A model generated the notes under the pieces. It ran no database searches. It had not been told where the DNA came from and saw only the letters and a program-made list of their open reading frames with translations. From an uncultured Planctomycetia bacterium (GTDB taxonomy: Bacteria; Omnitrophota; Gorgyraeia; 2-02-FULL-51-18): DNA of 64,000 nucleotides. Numbering within the stretch: position 1 is the first letter of the stretch; the number at the start of each line of letters is the position of its first letter. The DNA lies in the NCBI GenBank assembly GCA_964642015.1, contig CAZXLF010000007.1, positions 11,964-75,963 on the forward strand. Direction: 5' to 3'. Of the stretch, positions 29,140 to 39,523 are shown piece by piece. A program made the position numbers and the translations under genes.

Positions 29140-30069
29140 TCAAACGTTGAAATAAGGTTCCATACTCAAGTAGCGCTCTCCCGAATCCGGGAAAACGGTC
29201 ACTACCGTTTTATTGGATCCTAATGCTTTGGCAATTTTGAGCGCGCCGATACAAGCCGCACCGCATGAAATTCCGGCGAATATTCCTTCTTCACGCGACA
29301 AGCGCTTGGCTATTTGATAAGCTTCATGGTCATCAACCGTGATGATCTCATCAATAATGTCACGATTCAGCACTTCTGGAATAAATCCTGCGCCGATACC
29401 CTGGATCATGTGAGGACCAGGTCTGCCTCCGGATAGTACGTTCGAACTTTTAGGTTCGACTGCGATGATCTTTATTTTTGGATTGTGTTTCTTCAATACT
29501 TCACCCACACCGGTGATCGTCCCGCCTGTTCCGACTCCGGCGACGAACGCATCGAGTTCTCCGTCCGTATCCTTTAATATTTCTTTGGCTGTTGTTTTAC
29601 GGTGCATTGCCGGATTGTCGGGATTCATGAACTGCTGCGGCATAAACGCGTCTTTTCTTGTGGCAATGATCTCGCGCGCTTTTTCGACAGCGCCTATCAT
29701 ACCTTCTTTGGCAGAGGTCAGAACAATTTCCGCGCCGAAACTTTGGAGAATTTGAATGCGCTCCTGGCTCATTGATTCGGGCATCGTCAGGATCACTTTG
29801 TATCCTTTGACGGCGCCTACGATCGCAAGACCGATACCCGTGTTTCCACTTGTAGGCTCGACGATCACCGATCCGGACTTCAAGATCCCTTTTTTCTCGG
29901 CTTGCTCGATCATATTGAGCGCAATCCTGTCTTTTACACTTCCGCCCGGATTGAACATCTCGAGTTTTGCATAAACAGTCGCCGAATTTTTTTCAACCAC
30001 CTTTGCAAGCTTTACCATAGGTGTGTTGCCGATCAAATCCAAAATACTAGCGCTTATCTTATTATTCAT
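29140..30069 (-). CDS. cysK: Cysteine synthase A
   Basis: NPGGSVKDR, EPTSGNTG, GVGTGGT, HMIQGIG, ERYLS. Confidence 0.95.
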   Translation of the reverse strand: MNNKISASILDLIGNTPMVKLAKVVEKNSATVYAKLEMFNPGGSVKDRIALNMIEQAEKKGILKSGSVIVEPTSGNTGIGLAIVGAVKGYKVILTMPESMSQERIQILQSFGAEIVLTSAKEGMIGAVEKAREIIATRKDAFMPQQFMNPDNPAMHRKTTAKEILKDTDGELDAFVAGVGTGGTITGVGEVLKKHNPKIKIIAVEPKSSNVLSGGRPGPHMIQGIGAGFIPEVLNRDIIDEIITVDDHEAYQIAKRLSREEGIFAGISCGAACIGALKIAKALGSNKTVVTVFPDSGERYLSMEPYFNV

Positions 30070-30281
30070 GAATGCAGGTCTCCTCCGCCCATATAAAAAA
30101 TGAATTCCACTTTGTCTCCTTCTTTGATCTGTGTCGTTTCATAATCAAGCTTCTGTAAAATATTCTCATTGATCTCTACGGTCACAAGCTCCGGTCTCAT
30201 GCGCCACTTCGTCAAAAGGTCCGTGACGGACATTCCTGTTTTGATCTCGCTGGGTTTTCCATTCAACGTAATATTGATCAT
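30066..30281 (-). CDS. ThiS-like sulfur carrier with C-terminal extension
   Basis: ITLNG...EGDKVEFIFYMGG followed by GDLHS; start ATG 30281. Confidence 0.85.
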   Translation of the reverse strand: MINITLNGKPSEIKTGMSVTDLLTKWRMRPELVTVEINENILQKLDYETTQIKEGDKVEFIFYMGGGDLHS

Positions 30282-30288
30282 CTCAGTG

Positions 30289-30675
30289 CTAGGCAATTTG
30301 GATCTCCTCTTCAGTGACTTTTTCATCCTGGATCTTAAAAGAACGCAGCACAGGTTTTTTCATGTCGGAAAGTGACACGATCAGGTAACTGACTTCCGGA
30401 TAGAACGCAAGCCGTATGTCTTTTTGCGAAGGATACGCTTCACTGGCTACGTGCGAATGAAAAATACCGGACATCTCGATACCGAGTTTTCTCATTTCCT
30501 TAAATACAACAAGCTGTTCCTTCGGGTCCATAAAATAGCTGATGCTCGCGTTATCAAGATTGGTCATTGGAAAAAATTTGTCAGGCCCCGCCAAAATCCC
30601 GCACGCCTCATTCGGAAAGCCTTTTTTCGCGTGACCGATCATCTGCTCGTAAATATCTTTGGAAATTTTAATCAT
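30289..30675 (-). CDS. JAMM/Mec (M67) metallopeptidase
   Basis: PNEACGIL and HSH-x7-S-x2-D (FHSHVASEAYPSQKD). Confidence 0.9.
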   Translation of the reverse strand: MIKISKDIYEQMIGHAKKGFPNEACGILAGPDKFFPMTNLDNASISYFMDPKEQLVVFKEMRKLGIEMSGIFHSHVASEAYPSQKDIRLAFYPEVSYLIVSLSDMKKPVLRSFKIQDEKVTEEEIQIA

Positions 30676-30676
30676 G

Positions 30677-31516
30677 TCAAATATTACTTCCGACATTTCT
30701 ATCGACCGGCGTCAAAACCCCGGCCTTTGAAACTTGGTAATCCGTATCCAGTTCCTGACGCGCTACTTTTTCAATTTCATCTTTCAATGAGCTCATGATC
30801 TTTGTCTGGATCGTTAAAAGATGCGGATCCTGTTCTCTTCTAGGCCTTGGGAGCTGAATCGCATATTCTTTTTTGATCGTTCCGGGCCGGGCCGTAATTT
30901 CAAACACACGGTCCGATAAAAATGTTGCTTCACGCACATTATGCGTCACAAAAAGCACCGTGCATTTTGTCTTCTGCCAGATATCCTGCAATTCCTCCTG
31001 AAGCATCTGGCGTGTCTGTGCGTCCAATGCCGCAAAAGGCTCATCCATCAAAAGGATCTTCGGATTCATTACAAGCGCCCGGGCGATAGCAGCACGCTGT
31101 TTCATGCCTCCGGAAAGCTGATGCGGGTGCGCGTTCACAAACCGCGCTAAGTGCACGGCTTTGATCGCTTCAAGCGCGCGCACTCTTCTTTCCTGCTCCG
31201 GAACACCGGCGACCTTCAAGCCGAATTCCACATTATTCAGCACAGTCAGCCACGGAAAAAGGGCGGCTTCCTGAAAAACCACAAGACGGTCCTTTGAAGG
31301 GCCTTCAACTATCTTGTTATCAACGAACACCTGCCCTGAATCCGGAAATTCAAGCCCGGCGATCAAAGAAATGAGCGTGGATTTTCCGCATCCTGATGGG
31401 CCGATCACACAAATGAACTCACCTTCTTCGATCGTGAAATTAATGTCGTGAAGCGCCTGCACACGCTGGTCTTTTTGCTTAAAACTTTTATGAACGCGTT
31501 TGAAAACAACTCTCAT
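30677..31516 (-). CDS. SsuB/TauB-type ABC ATPase
   Basis: GPSGCGKST, LSGGM, LLMDEPFAALD. Confidence 0.9.
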   Translation of the reverse strand: MRVVFKRVHKSFKQKDQRVQALHDINFTIEEGEFICVIGPSGCGKSTLISLIAGLEFPDSGQVFVDNKIVEGPSKDRLVVFQEAALFPWLTVLNNVEFGLKVAGVPEQERRVRALEAIKAVHLARFVNAHPHQLSGGMKQRAAIARALVMNPKILLMDEPFAALDAQTRQMLQEELQDIWQKTKCTVLFVTHNVREATFLSDRVFEITARPGTIKKEYAIQLPRPRREQDPHLLTIQTKIMSSLKDEIEKVARQELDTDYQVSKAGVLTPVDRNVGSNI

Positions 31517-31538
31517 TTACACCTCTAATAACTGTGCT

Positions 31539-31608
31539 CAGATAACAGACGACAGAAAACAGACTTTATTTACCTTCTGACTTCTGTCCTCTGATTTCTG
31601 ACTTCTGA
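31539..31608. repeat. Inverted arrays of 7-bp tandem repeats (CAGAnnn x4 / TCTGnnn x5)
   Basis: cagataa-cagacga-cagaaaa-caga, 12-nt spacer, tctgact-tctgtcc-tctgatt-tctgact-tctga. Confidence 0.7.
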
Positions 31609-32306
31609 ATATGTAAACCGCATTCTTTGTGTTCCGGATTTTCCCACCACCAACGGCCGGCACGAATGTCTTCTCCAGGTTTAATGGCTCTCGTGCAAGG
31701 CGCGCAACCGATCGATGGATAACCCAGATCGTGCAGTTTGTTATACGGAACATTGTTCTTCCGGATATAATTCCAAACATCCTCATTCGTCCAAGCCGCC
31801 AGCGGATTTATCTTAAAAATATTTCCATGCGCATTGTCGACCTCTATTTTCTGAACGTCTGCTCTTGTCACCGATTGATCGCGGCGAAGGCCCGTAATCC
31901 AGGCATTTAGATCTTTGAGAGCCCGATTTAACGGCTCGACTTTACGTATTCCGCAGCATTCTTTTCTATTGTCGATTGATTCTCTGAACGAATAAAAACC
32001 CTTCGCGCGTTCCAATGCTTCGACTTTTTCAAAATTAGGAAAGTAGGATTCGATATTAATCTTATACCTAGAACGAATTCGATCCATCAATTCATATGTT
32101 TCTTCATTGAGCCGTCCTGTATCCAAAGTAAAAATTTTTACTTTCGGCTCAAGTTTCGAAACCATGTCAATCAATACTACATCCTCTGCGCCAAAGGATG
32201 AAGCCAACGCAATCTTCGGATGAAAATCCGTAAGAGCCCATTGGAGCAGCTCCTCGGGAGATTTTTTTTCAACGTCTGAATTGATCTTTTTGATGTCAAA
32301 TGGCAC
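31566..32306 (-). CDS. cysH: Fe-S adenylyl-sulfate (APS) reductase, CysH family
   Basis: [38 protein letters not shown]. Confidence 0.93.
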   Translation of the reverse strand: MPFDIKKINSDVEKKSPEELLQWALTDFHPKIALASSFGAEDVVLIDMVSKLEPKVKIFTLDTGRLNEETYELMDRIRSRYKINIESYFPNFEKVEALERAKGFYSFRESIDNRKECCGIRKVEPLNRALKDLNAWITGLRRDQSVTRADVQKIEVDNAHGNIFKINPLAAWTNEDVWNYIRKNNVPYNKLHDLGYPSIGCAPCTRAIKPGEDIRAGRWWWENPEHKECGLHIQKSEIRGQKSEGK

Positions 32307-33585
32307 TGAAATATTCCACGCTTTTCAAAATAATCCCTCCCCCGCGGACATCATGGTCGCTAACCAAAACAAAACGTCCCGTTTCGGGGATCAGATCATA
32401 GGTATCGAAAGCAATCGGCTTTTTGGTTGAGATAATGATCTCCGCTACTTCGTTTTTGGCAACTTCATGTGCGTTCTTGGAAATTTCCTCGAGCGTCGAA
32501 GAATTGATCACTCTGATGATCGATTCGATCACGCATTCCATTTCCTGTGTGGCGATCTTTAGAAGATATTTGCCGCCTTTTTCGAGGTGTTTGTTACCCA
32601 TCCAGAAAATATTGGCCTGAAAACGGTCAGACACGATCGGTTTCTGCTTGGGAATGCAGCCGATATCGCCGCGTTCCACGAAAATCTGTTCTTCCATCGT
32701 AAAACCCGTTGATTCACCCGCATAAACAGCTGTAGGTGTTTTGTCATCCGCAGGATGCCATTTCTCGATCGTTTTTATCTTCGTAGACTTTCCGGACGGC
32801 AAAAAAAGGATCTCATCACCCGCAGAAATCGTTCCTGCTTCGACACGGCCTGCGATGATACGCCGTTTGTCGAATTTGTAAACGTCCTGCACCGGGAAAC
32901 GAAAATACGCTTTTGAACGGTCATCATTGGAAGAGAAATTATCAAGGATCTCCAAAATACTCTCGCCTTTATACCACGGCATTTTATCGCTGCGTTTGGT
33001 CACATTTTCCCCGTGATAAGCGGAGATAGGGATAAAAGTCCTAGGTTTAATGTTGATCGTCGCAAGATACTTGCTGTAAATCTCTCTGGTCGTATTGAAA
33101 ACTTCTTCGGAATAATTCACAAGGTCCATTTTGTTGACGACGATCGCGATCTGCTTGATCCCCAAAAGCGATAAAATATACGCGTGGCGTTTGGTTTGTT
33201 CCTGAATGCCTTCTTCCGCATCGATCATCAAGAACGCCACATCGGCATTCGAAGCGCCGGAGATCATATTTTTCAAAAACTCCTTATGACCCGGAGCATC
33301 GATTACCACATAATTTCTTTTCTTGGTCTTAAAAAACATCTGCGACACGTCGATCGTAATGCCTTGATCGCGCTCTTCCTCAAGCGCATCCAATAAAAAC
33401 GCAAACTCAAATCCTTTTCCTTGGTCTTCGCAAACTTTTTGCACATGGCTGATCTTAGATTCGGGAATGAACCCTGTTTCGTGCAATAAACGCCCGACAA
33501 GCGTCGACTTTCCGTGATCGACGTGACCGACCATGACGAATTTCAAAGTTTCGGTGGATGTAGGTGATTCCAAAGTCGTTTGCAT
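32296..33585 (-). CDS. cysN: Sulfate adenylyltransferase GTPase subunit
   Basis: [24 protein letters not shown]; follows cysD; no APS kinase domain. Confidence 0.92.
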   Translation of the reverse strand: MQTTLESPTSTETLKFVMVGHVDHGKSTLVGRLLHETGFIPESKISHVQKVCEDQGKGFEFAFLLDALEEERDQGITIDVSQMFFKTKKRNYVVIDAPGHKEFLKNMISGASNADVAFLMIDAEEGIQEQTKRHAYILSLLGIKQIAIVVNKMDLVNYSEEVFNTTREIYSKYLATINIKPRTFIPISAYHGENVTKRSDKMPWYKGESILEILDNFSSNDDRSKAYFRFPVQDVYKFDKRRIIAGRVEAGTISAGDEILFLPSGKSTKIKTIEKWHPADDKTPTAVYAGESTGFTMEEQIFVERGDIGCIPKQKPIVSDRFQANIFWMGNKHLEKGGKYLLKIATQEMECVIESIIRVINSSTLEEISKNAHEVAKNEVAEIIISTKKPIAFDTYDLIPETGRFVLVSDHDVRGGGIILKSVEYFSAI

Positions 33586-33586
33586 G

Positions 33587-34396
33587 TTACATGTATCCCT
33601 TCGTTCTCAATTTCTGCATAGCATATGTGTCTTCCTGGTCCTGTGCGCGGCCGGCGCGTTCGGAAGTCTTTCCCTGCTTGAGCTCAGCGATGATTTCATC
33701 AACATTGCTTGCCGGCGAATCGATCGGAAATGTGCACGGTGCACAGCCAAGACTCCGATAGCGCTTGCCGTTCTTTGAAAAATAAAGGCTCACAACGGGA
33801 ATATTCTCGCGTTTGATGTATTCCCACACATTTACTTCGGTCCAATGAAGCAAAGGATGGATGCGAATATGCGTATTTTCATCAAAATTCGTTTTAAATT
33901 GATCCCAAAGTTCAGGCGGCTGGTCTTTAAAGTCCCATTCAAAATTTTTATCGCGCGGAGAAAAATAGCGCTCTTTGGCGCGCGTGCTTTCTTCGTCGCG
34001 GCGAATCCCTAGGATCAATCCTTTATAATCATACTGCTCCATGATCTGCTGAAGACCGATGGTTTTGAGTGCCGTGCAGCAATTGATGCGGCCTTTCGTG
34101 TAATTCATTCCTTCTTCCAGCGCTTTTTTATTCTGACCGACGATCAGATTGAGATTCCATTCTTTCGCATAGCGGTCGCGGAATTCGATCATCTCAGGAA
34201 TTTTGTAGCTGGTATCGATATGCACCAGCGGAATAGGGACATGACCCAAAAAAGCTTTTCTGGCCAGCCAAAGAAGCACATTTGAGTCTTTGCCGATCGA
34301 CCAGAGCATAGCCAGCTTTTTAAATTTTTTGTACGCCTCGCGCAAAATGAATATTGATTGATTCTCTAATTTGTCTAAGTGATCCACTTGGTCCAT
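33587..34396 (-). CDS. cysD: Sulfate adenylyltransferase subunit 2
   Basis: [32 protein letters not shown]. Confidence 0.95.
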   Translation of the reverse strand: MDQVDHLDKLENQSIFILREAYKKFKKLAMLWSIGKDSNVLLWLARKAFLGHVPIPLVHIDTSYKIPEMIEFRDRYAKEWNLNLIVGQNKKALEEGMNYTKGRINCCTALKTIGLQQIMEQYDYKGLILGIRRDEESTRAKERYFSPRDKNFEWDFKDQPPELWDQFKTNFDENTHIRIHPLLHWTEVNVWEYIKRENIPVVSLYFSKNGKRYRSLGCAPCTFPIDSPASNVDEIIAELKQGKTSERAGRAQDQEDTYAMQKLRTKGYM

Positions 34397-34427
34397 TGCA
34401 AAAAATCCTTTCGGTCAACCCGTATTA

Positions 34428-34490
34428 ATATAACTAATTTAGTATTATATATGTTAAAAATAATATACAGTACATAATCTAAATAGTCAA
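34428..34490 (-). promoter_or_regulatory. Promoter and candidate Rrf2 operator of the cys operon
   Basis: TTGACT-17 nt-TATATT (34490-34462); downstream palindrome ACTAA-T-TTAGT (34433-34443) in AT-rich spacer. Confidence 0.55.
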
Positions 34491-34509
34491 ATATAATTTC
34501 AAAAAAATT

Positions 34510-35361
34510 TCAGCCGAAAAGGATCGTCTTGTGGCCGCTCACAAATATGCGATCTTCGAAGGCAAGCTTCAAAGCCCTGGCAAGTACTATCTTCTCCACA
34601 TCCCTGCCGGCTTGTGCCATGTCAGTGACGCTATGGGAATGGTCCACGGGAATCACATCCTGTGCAATGATCGGCCCTTTGTCGAGTTCTTCAGTCACAA
34701 AATGAGCAGTCGCGCCGATGATCTTGACCCCACGGTCGGCGGCTTGCTGATAAGGATTGGCGCCCACGAAAGCCGGTAGAAAGGAATGATGGATATTGAT
34801 GATGTGATTTTGAAATTTTGCAACAAATGCTTTGGAAAGCACCCTCATATATTTGGCCAACACCAGATATTCGGGTTTTAGATCTGCAAGTGCCTTCAAA
34901 ATGGTCGATTCATGGGCCTCGCGGGTTTTATTCTCATGAGAGATATGAAAAAACGGGACTTTAAATGAATTCACAAGCTTAGACAGGTGATCATAATTAC
35001 TGATAACACCCAAAACGTTCGCATGGAGCTCTCCATAAGCATGTCTTACCAAAAGATCTCCCAAACAATGAGCTTCTTTGGTAGCAAAAATAACAGCGTC
35101 TTTTTTTCTATCTTTTGTAAGTTCAACAACAGAATCTTTCGGAAGCTCCGACTTTAACTCTTTTGAGATGTCTTTCAAATCTGCGTGGCCTGAAAACTCG
35201 GTACGCATGAAAAAACGGTCGCTTTCATGGTCGACGAATTCGGCATTTTGCACGATATTCAGACCGTTTTTAAAAAGAACTCCTGTGATCTTGTGGATCA
35301 GGCCTTTGGCGTCCTTGCATTCGACACGGAGTATATGGCTATCTCTAAACATAGGGGTCAT
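34510..35361 (-). CDS. purU: Formyltetrahydrofolate deformylase
   Basis: ACT domain, HCLGDLL, LAKYMRVL, NIHHSFLPAF.GA.PY, GATAHFVT..LD.GPII. Confidence 0.95.
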   Translation of the reverse strand: MTPMFRDSHILRVECKDAKGLIHKITGVLFKNGLNIVQNAEFVDHESDRFFMRTEFSGHADLKDISKELKSELPKDSVVELTKDRKKDAVIFATKEAHCLGDLLVRHAYGELHANVLGVISNYDHLSKLVNSFKVPFFHISHENKTREAHESTILKALADLKPEYLVLAKYMRVLSKAFVAKFQNHIINIHHSFLPAFVGANPYQQAADRGVKIIGATAHFVTEELDKGPIIAQDVIPVDHSHSVTDMAQAGRDVEKIVLARALKLAFEDRIFVSGHKTILFG

Positions 35362-35417
35362 TGTGTATCAAATTAACACGATATAGATTACCTATCAATC
35401 GCTTTTTAATTTCATAA

Positions 35418-36317
35418 TTAATCTGTGCAATTAACGGGTTGATCGACATAGTGAGGCCACGCGTCGACCCAGCCTGAATTATGACTTGCATTAGGCACTT
35501 CGACGATTTTTGCACATAGTGGATGGTTCATTTTCTGTAAAAATTGATGAGCAATAAATGATGGGATCACTTTATCTTCTTTTCCTATAAAGTGCTCTTG
35601 CGGAATGGATGATACTTTATAAGCAACATCGATCGGATTCAAAGATCCATGCAAATTACTGACGCCATGATAATGATTCACGGATTCATGGTCCAAATTG
35701 CCAGCGATCGTTCTCAAAGAAACAACATCATTTCTCCTTGCCGCAAGCAATACAGCGACCGCGCCGCCGCCCGAATAGCCGATCAAATGGATCGATTTGG
35801 CCTGCGCTTTTTCTTTAAGCAGATCAATCGCCTGATCCATAGAGGAGATCACCTCCTCAGAGAACCGTTTGGATGACCAATAATCAGAATTGCACCGCGA
35901 ATCTTTTTCGGACATACCATATTGGCAAGGTCTTGATAAATATGCCACATTGTCGGAACCGTCTTTCGAAGCCAGAGTCAATACCAAAGGGTTCCGAGGC
36001 GTTGGGTCATCGGATAAATTATTTCTTGAAAGCCAAGCCGAACCATCCCCTTCAATATATATCTTCAAAGATGTTCTAGGTTTATTGATCTTGTCATAGG
36101 ACAGGAGATGAAAGTGAGAAGTGGGTAAAATTGATTTCTCAAAACCTACGCTTTGGGCAATACGATCAGCTTTATTCGTGGAATCTACTGAAGAGGAAAC
36201 AGTCGCACAACCTACATGAGCCAAGACAAATACGAAAAGCAAAGACCAAAAAAGGAATGACCGCCATAAAAACCGCAGTGTCTGTTCGGTAAAGATCATT
36301 AGAAGCTTTGCGATCAA
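35418..36317 (-). CDS. Lipoprotein alpha/beta hydrolase
   Basis: Lipobox-like HVG-C, YIEGDG, RPCQY, GYSGG, AGNLD, ASH. Confidence 0.8.
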   Translation of the reverse strand: MIAKLLMIFTEQTLRFLWRSFLFWSLLFVFVLAHVGCATVSSSVDSTNKADRIAQSVGFEKSILPTSHFHLLSYDKINKPRTSLKIYIEGDGSAWLSRNNLSDDPTPRNPLVLTLASKDGSDNVAYLSRPCQYGMSEKDSRCNSDYWSSKRFSEEVISSMDQAIDLLKEKAQAKSIHLIGYSGGGAVAVLLAARRNDVVSLRTIAGNLDHESVNHYHGVSNLHGSLNPIDVAYKVSSIPQEHFIGKEDKVIPSFIAHQFLQKMNHPLCAKIVEVPNASHNSGWVDAWPHYVDQPVNCTD

Positions 36318-39300
36318 AAGTTATAATTCAAAGCTACATTACCTGAATGACTGACATAACCTGATTTAAGGTCCAAATTATAGACGCCTTCTAACGAGAC
36401 GTTATTTTTCGATAAAAAAGTAACACCAGTTCCTAAATCAAAGCTGTTCTGAGCAGGCCTGAAACCGCTCGTCTTAAACGATGCGCCGCCGCCGGTAAAT
36501 GTCGAAGTAACCTCTTCTTTATCTCCGATAAAGTCATAAAGCCACTCGCCGTGCACTTCAGGAATATAAGTGCCATTGTGATCCGTAATAGGATAAGCGA
36601 TCTTCATGCCAAGCCCAGATTGTAAGAAATCAAAACCTTCGGCATTCACGTGAAGGTCGAGATCTCCCGCGCCCGTTTCGGTATAACTATCAAGATTGAG
36701 ATGAATGTATTCCAGCGACACAAGCGGAGTGACCCTGAAACCGCGATCTTCTATGTCGTAACGTACGCTCATTTTCCAGTCACATTCCTGACCATCGTAG
36801 CCGGCATCAGCTGTACGATCAAGGCCTGAAAAAGCGATCCTTCGAGAATTATCATAGTTATTCCAAGCAAAAGTAAAAGAAGTATCCATCGACCAACGAT
36901 CTACTCCATAAATTGCATAGAACGTGGCTAAATAATTATGGATATCCGCATCAGCTTCCACATTCTTTGAATTCATAACAGTCCTCGCATATCCTCCGGC
37001 AAGACCAAGCCTAACTTGATCAGAAACAAGGCCATCCGCTCCCCAAACCGTTCCCCAAAGACCTGAATCGTAACCATTAATACCCTGGTGGTCATGCTGA
37101 TCCGAAAAATTGGTGAACCCTTTAAACCAAATCCCACTATCCTTGAACACAGTCTTCATAGATTCATCGCCGGTAGAAATGCCTGTCCTGCGAGAATTTG
37201 CTTCTCCGTATTGACTGGATACTCCGGTATCGCGAATCTGGTCAAAATGCATCCCCAGAGCACGCGTGTAATTAGTGACCGCGGAAAAGCTTCCTTGGGT
37301 GACACCGCCATTCACGTTTGGGATCAACTGCTGAAGAGCTTTGTCATAATCAGAAGGGGATAATGTGAACAGCAAATTCTCGACAGTACCCATATCTCCT
37401 GTTGCCGTGGAAGAAATTGAATCCAACACAGCGCCTACAGCAGCGCGATTGCTGGTGCTCGCAATACTCGAGGAAGGAATAAGCGTCGGGGTGATCATAA
37501 TATCACCCGCCGTATTAGCAGCGGTGAATGTATAACGATTGCTGTTAGAAGTGACCGTGATGGACTGCCCATTGCTGCCGCCCGCCGAACCGTCCAATAT
37601 CTTTAACGCTGTCCCTGAAGCCAACGCACCTGTGACAGTAGCATTGACCGTGGTACCGGACGAAATAGATGCATTCCCTGTTGATGCGATATTACCAAAA
37701 ACCGAAGAGCTGTTAAGTGTGGTTTTGATCACATTGGTTGCAGATGTCGTAACTACACCTCCACCTGCTCCATTGACCGTCAAGGTATTAGCTTGCAAAT
37801 TCAGCACTCCTGTGCCTGCAAGCGTCAAATTGCCTTCATCCGTTCCGTTTCCACCTACGGTCAAAGTGCCTCCGCTATTCACTGTGGTAGTAGTCGCAAA
37901 AATATTCGCGTTATTAATGACTTCCCCACCGTTCACATTGACCGCCGTGAGCCTGTTGGCAACACCCGTAGCGCCTATGGCACTCGATACAGTAGAAGCA
38001 CCTAGAAAAGTCAAAGTGCCTTGGTTTACGCCACCTGTAGATACGGAGCCGCTGATGCTTTTACCATCTGAAATATTCACCGTTCCGGCCGCGCCAAAAG
38101 CCAACGTGGTGGCAGTGGTGTTTCCCTGTAAGTTGACCGTATTGGCTCCGGCCACATTGACCGTGGTAGCTGCGATATCTCCCGTGAACGTCGTAGTGGC
38201 ATTTTCACCGGCATTAATCGTACCTAAAGAAGATCCAGACGAGATAGACCCTGTAACCGTACCACCCTTTACAGTCAAAGTACCTTGACCTGCGGTGGTC
38301 GCTGAAATAGTGGGAGAAGTAAGGTTTGATCCATTGGCCATGACCACTGTGCCGTTACCCCCGAAATTCAATGTGCCTGCCACACCTGTGTCCACGTTGC
38401 CATTAAATGTCAACGTGCCCGTACCAGTCGTTGTCGCGCCATTACTGCCAGCATTGATCGCCTTCGCGAACACATTAGCGGTGAATATGTCCGCTGCGCC
38501 TGTCGCACCCGCGTTTAAAACCGAGATCCTGTGCGTGTTATCTGAGCCGACCTGACCTGTAACCGTTTGGCTTCCCCCTACAAGGGTCAAAGTTCCGTCA
38601 TTGTCAGCAGAAGCGGTTACTGCGGCAGTCAAATTTTTTCCACTGCCCACCTTTACTATGGAACTAGCGTTGAAAAGTATCAATGAATTGGCGCTCACAT
38701 TCCCGTTGAATGTCGTCGTGTTATCGACCGCATATATCGCGGACAACTTGTGGGTCGCTCCGATATCACTGTCAAAAATCGCATTGGCATAATAACCCGG
38801 CTTAAGTACTCCTTCTCCGTCAGAAGCACCGTTGATCGTCCCGGTAACAGTCTGAATGGAAGATCCTGACAAGATCAAATAGGAGACCCCAACGTTGTCA
38901 TCTAATACAAAACCGCCTGTGCTCGTAACCGTTGAGCCGTTGGCATACAACGCAGAAGCAGCCCCAGCACCGCCTGAATTCGCCGTAATGGTCGTGAGCC
39001 CGGCGATCTGCAAGTTGTCGCCCACACTCATCGTAATAGACTTGGTATTCGTGGCCTCATTGTTCGTAAGATTCAAATTCCCACCGACCGTGAGAGCATG
39101 GGTCACAGCGACTGTAGTATTCAAATTATCATTATTCGCATTTTGTACCGTAAAGTTCGAGCCGACATTGCCTGAATCAATATACACCGTAAGATCGCCC
39201 GTTCCGGCGACGCCATTAGGATGAACATTTACCAAACCAGTACTGGCCGTATCTGAAAGAGCGCCGATCACGAATGTATTTTTACCGTTACCATCATCAG

Positions 39301-39523
39301 CTATGTTATCGTTCGTGACCGTCAGTGTATGTCCATTAATATCAATGGACTGGCCGCTAAACGCATCTGAGGCATTTCCGACATCAGTGCCGAGATGCGT
39401 GCCGGCCGAAGCCCATTGGCCATTACCTGTCAAATTCTGATTTGCTGCAAAACCCGTAGAAATCCACAAGGAAGGAATAAATATTGGGACGAACACAAGC
39501 GCGAATATTGTCTTTTTAATCAT
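36314..39523 (-). CDS. Autotransporter with Gly/Thr/Asn-rich beta-helical passenger
   Basis: Signal peptide from Met 39523, repeated GTLT motifs, C-terminal barrel (WFKGF...GY) ending NYNF. Confidence 0.9.
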   Translation of the reverse strand: MIKKTIFALVFVPIFIPSLWISTGFAANQNLTGNGQWASAGTHLGTDVGNASDAFSGQSIDINGHTLTVTNDNIADDGNGKNTFVIGALSDTASTGLVNVHPNGVAGTGDLTVYIDSGNVGSNFTVQNANNDNLNTTVAVTHALTVGGNLNLTNNEATNTKSITMSVGDNLQIAGLTTITANSGGAGAASALYANGSTVTSTGGFVLDDNVGVSYLILSGSSIQTVTGTINGASDGEGVLKPGYYANAIFDSDIGATHKLSAIYAVDNTTTFNGNVSANSLILFNASSIVKVGSGKNLTAAVTASADNDGTLTLVGGSQTVTGQVGSDNTHRISVLNAGATGAADIFTANVFAKAINAGSNGATTTGTGTLTFNGNVDTGVAGTLNFGGNGTVVMANGSNLTSPTISATTAGQGTLTVKGGTVTGSISSGSSLGTINAGENATTTFTGDIAATTVNVAGANTVNLQGNTTATTLAFGAAGTVNISDGKSISGSVSTGGVNQGTLTFLGASTVSSAIGATGVANRLTAVNVNGGEVINNANIFATTTTVNSGGTLTVGGNGTDEGNLTLAGTGVLNLQANTLTVNGAGGGVVTTSATNVIKTTLNSSSVFGNIASTGNASISSGTTVNATVTGALASGTALKILDGSAGGSNGQSITVTSNSNRYTFTAANTAGDIMITPTLIPSSSIASTSNRAAVGAVLDSISSTATGDMGTVENLLFTLSPSDYDKALQQLIPNVNGGVTQGSFSAVTNYTRALGMHFDQIRDTGVSSQYGEANSRRTGISTGDESMKTVFKDSGIWFKGFTNFSDQHDHQGINGYDSGLWGTVWGADGLVSDQVRLGLAGGYARTVMNSKNVEADADIHNYLATFYAIYGVDRWSMDTSFTFAWNNYDNSRRIAFSGLDRTADAGYDGQECDWKMSVRYDIEDRGFRVTPLVSLEYIHLNLDSYTETGAGDLDLHVNAEGFDFLQSGLGMKIAYPITDHNGTYIPEVHGEWLYDFIGDKEEVTSTFTGGGASFKTSGFRPAQNSFDLGTGVTFLSKNNVSLEGVYNLDLKSGYVSHSGNVALNYNF

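Noticed and set aside
25249-30675. Bacterial ubiquitination-type antiphage system (Ubl + JAMM)
   Set aside because: No E1/E2 genes; Ubls and JAMM sit within a sulfur assimilation operon, matching sulfur-carrier use
37539-39224. Long plus-strand ORFs (249, 86, 109 aa) opposite the autotransporter
   Set aside because: Antisense shadows of a Gly/Thr/Ala/Asn-rich passenger; no RBS or family motif
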